Positions 61,039-64,000 of a stretch of DNA of 64,000 nucleotides are shown here, one piece after another. Each line of letters starts with the position of its first letter. Within the stretch, counting starts at the first letter, position 1. The translations under genes and the position numbers were made by a program. The DNA lies in contig MNCI01001451.1 of the NCBI GenBank assembly GCA_015680685.1, positions 362,723-426,722 on the forward strand. The letters run 5' to 3'. Below the pieces are notes generated by a model. That model made no database searches and had not been told where the DNA came from. It was given only the letters and a program-made list of their open reading frames with translations. The DNA is from Gnetum montanum. Taxonomy: Eukaryota > Plantae > Gnetophyta.

Positions 61039-61832
61039 AAATTTGTAGTTTTTGAAAAAAAATAACATGGATTAGGGAGCTGTAGATCTCATTCAATTTT
61101 TTTAAATCTCTGTAAATTTCCAATTTTAGAATAGCAAAAACACTCCATATTGTCAAAAAATCTTTCAAACTTCAATGCAAGTTTGCATTGTCTAGAGCTT
61201 TTTTGACCATTCCAATGAAACATGGATGGCAAGAATCCACAAATCTTGATTTTAGATCCAAATCTTTTCTTATATCTTTTCTAATCTGAAAAATGAGCTA
61301 TGCCTTCATTCCTTTCTTTTTTCTTTCTTGTTTTTTTAAATAGTTGTTGACCATTTGAAAAGAAAATTAAACCAAAGAAAATATGATGTCTGAGGCACAA
61401 CTAAAATAGTCTTGGAATCTTAGAAATCAACCAAGAGATATGATACTTAGCATTGAACTTTTAATTTCATTTTATTAGTCTGTTTTAATTCAGTGAAAAC
61501 TGTTAAACTGCTTTTTTTTTTTTGGAAATTTACTCTCTTGCTCTCTTACTCTATTTTGATAGTTTTGTTTTTATGGTTGGTCAAAAACCAAGGCACAACA
61601 TGTAGAAAATGCTGCTTCATTGTGCTATTTTTGATGATTTGTTTACCAGTTATAAACCAAACTCTCTACCTATTAAGTTAAGGTTCACTTACTAGATTGC
61701 CCATAGAATGTATTATTTATAAAAATTGGAATATGGTATTTTCAGCAGATTTGATTTTTCTCTTTTCGATATTTCTCCAGCAGATCTAATTTAATTAGAA
61801 TTCCCTAATATTGCTCTCAACTTTTTCAACCA

Positions 61833-64000
61833 ATGTTAAAATTTTTGCTTTTCTTTATCAATGTGGAAATTTCTATTGATTCTCGAAATGCAGATTTACA
61901 AGCTAGTAAGAAAGAAGTTGGGATGTTTTCTTTTAGTGATTTTGATGCAACTAAGACACTTGATTTTGTTCTTCTTGATGATGTATATGAGTCATTCGTT
62001 GTTGATCTTTCATCACAATATGTGTTCATTCGAATCTTGGGTTACATGCCTCATAATCAAAGTGTTGTTTTACAATTAAATGATGCAATGAAGAAACATG
62101 ACATTTAAGTTCTTCATGCTAGGTATTATTCTTGTTTTTTTTGCTTATTGAGTTAGGCAATGCTGCAATGGTGCAACATGCCTTAGATATAGGGTCTTTT
62201 ATTTATAAGCATACAATGTTGATCATTTGTAAATGGGCTCTAGTTTTTGATGTCCAATCTGAAGAATATTCTAAAGCTCCATGTTTTGTTGAGTTATATA
62301 ATCTTCTGTTGATTTTTCAAAAAAGCTAAGTAAGAAATTGTTAGTTTTCTTGGTCACACTAAGCATATGAAGTCTATTTCTATAACTTTTGGGTTTCATA
62401 GATGTTTTTTTTATTAAAATCAATTTTCTCAATCATAAAAAAGAATTAGTATTATAAGTAGGAGGAAATACCTATATTCAACCAATTACATATTCTAATC
62501 TTGCTAATTCTTGCAACTTTTGACATCATAAAGGACATTTGTGTAATGCTTGTCATTTTTGCTCAAGAAAAAGGTTTCTAAAGAAAAGAAAAAATATGTT
62601 TGAAGATAGCAAAAAATAATATAAAGTTGAAGATATGAAAAATCAAGTTAATGTCAATGATAAGAAAGATCAGGCCACGATTTGGCAGTGAGAGATTTGC
62701 TTGTTAAAGGCTCTTCCCATCGGGTTGGGGAGATTCCTTCTCTTGGGAGTTGGGTCACTACTCTTAAGGGTTCTTCCACTCCCATTGGAGCCGGTTAAGA
62801 GGAAAATCCTCAAGGATAATAATGATAGCTTTAAGGTTTGCCTAGAAGCAAGGAAGGCTAGTAGGCCGAGCTTACAAGATCTCCATATTAAGGAAACGAA
62901 GTAAGAGCTGGATTTAGGTATTCAAGGGACCCTCTAGGGAGTCTACAAAAAATGGTCTATTAGTAGACTATGAAGATTCTCTCTTGGAATTGCAAGGGGT
63001 AGGGTACTCCCTATAAAAGAAATACCCTGAGGGATTTAGTTAGGTGGCAAGGTTGTGAGATTGTCTATTTGTAAGAGACCAAACTTCAAGCAATTTAGAG
63101 AGACCTCTTGCAGTGGCCAGGGTGGGTACTACTTTTTGTCGATTGTAGGGGATGGTTGGGTGGACTTGTGACTTTCTCCAGGGTCTCGATAGATTCTCTT
63201 GTGTAGCTCGAATTGCAGCATCACCACTTATCTTCTAGTTCAAGGCATTTGGCTCACAAATCTCTATGGTCCTCAATGTTGGACTGATCGTATCCATGAG
63301 TTATTTCAAATTACTGCTAAGATCCCTAACCATAATGCATGGATCTTGATTGGTGGCTTTAATTAGAGATTGTATGATTGGGAGAAACTAGGATGGGAAT
63401 GCATAGAGCCTTTGGGAAGCCAAGAATTTTTTAAAGTTTCTCCATTATTTTGGTTTAGTTGATTCAAAAATACAAGAGTACTAATTTCCATGGAGCAATA
63501 GGGGGAAAGGATTAGACTGGGTTCTATCTAGAATCAACTGGGTTTGGGTTAGCTTAGTGTTGGTTCTTAGCAAATGCATCTTAGTCATAGCTCAGGAGCA
63601 ATGGACCTCTGATCATAGTGTTATTATGTTCTTTTTAGGACATGGTTTGCATTGCTCCCCCACACTTTTGCTTTGAGAGAACTTGGCTTAGAAAGAGATG
63701 TTTGTGGAAGTTGGTGGAGGATATATGGATCTCTTATCCCAATCAGGAGGATCCTCAAGACTTCTTAAAACAAGGCCTACAATTGCTTAAGCAAGGGATT
63801 AGGAAGTTTGCTAAGGTAGATAAATACTCTTTTAAGGTTTTTAAAGAAGAATTGCAAAAGAAATTGCAATATGTGTAGGAGCAACAAGAAAAGGGTGAAG
63901 CTTTGGAGTAAGAGGAACATGACAATTTGGCATAGCTTCAGTAGCTTATGATAGAGGAGGCCTATTGGAAAGAAAGATCACACACTAAATGGTTGAAGGA
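61833..64000 (+). mobile_element. Degenerate L1-clade LINE (ORF1 plus start of the ORF2 endonuclease) in a PTH intron
   Basis: ORF1 remnants (MLIICKW, APCFVELYNL, zinc-knuckle-like CNF*HHKGHLCNAC). ORF2 from 62970: MKILSWNCKG*G...EIVYL*ETKL, LTNLYGP, WILIGGFN, SDHS, FCFERTWL. Truncated by the window end. Confidence 0.85.

Noticed and set aside
1-64000. CRISPR arrays, rRNA genes or prokaryotic-type systems
   Set aside because: No repeat-spacer arrays, rRNA signatures or operons; the sequence is eukaryotic with spliceosomal introns.

Overview
AT-rich, repeat-dense nuclear DNA from a land plant with a large genome. There are three host genes. (1) A CENP-O-like gene (+, exons ~26081-29109) whose 3' half I cannot find in the window. 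(2) An intact PWP1 WD40 gene (-, 29575-31155) with an intronless CDS, convergent with or nested in the CENP-O copy. (3) An organellar peptidyl-tRNA hydrolase/CRS2-family gene (+, from 54162, continuing beyond the window) with a GC-AG intron and a His-Asn-Gly to His-Met-Gly active-site change. Most of the rest is retroelements: a decayed full-length Athila-like Gypsy with an env-like ORF (1874-15130); a pol-less SIRE-like Copia (~33590-46647) interrupted by a younger gag-protease-only Gypsy (36429-43356); a 3' remnant of another Athila-like element; a TRIM; a solo LTR; tRNA-derived SINEs; short RTE-derived retroposons with TSDs; and an L1 LINE. The most striking structural pattern is an internal cassette (LTR-like motifs, TATA, intron, then AG|ATG) in front of the env-like ORF, seen in two diverged Gypsy elements. 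All assignments come from manual reading and remembered family motifs; no searches were run.
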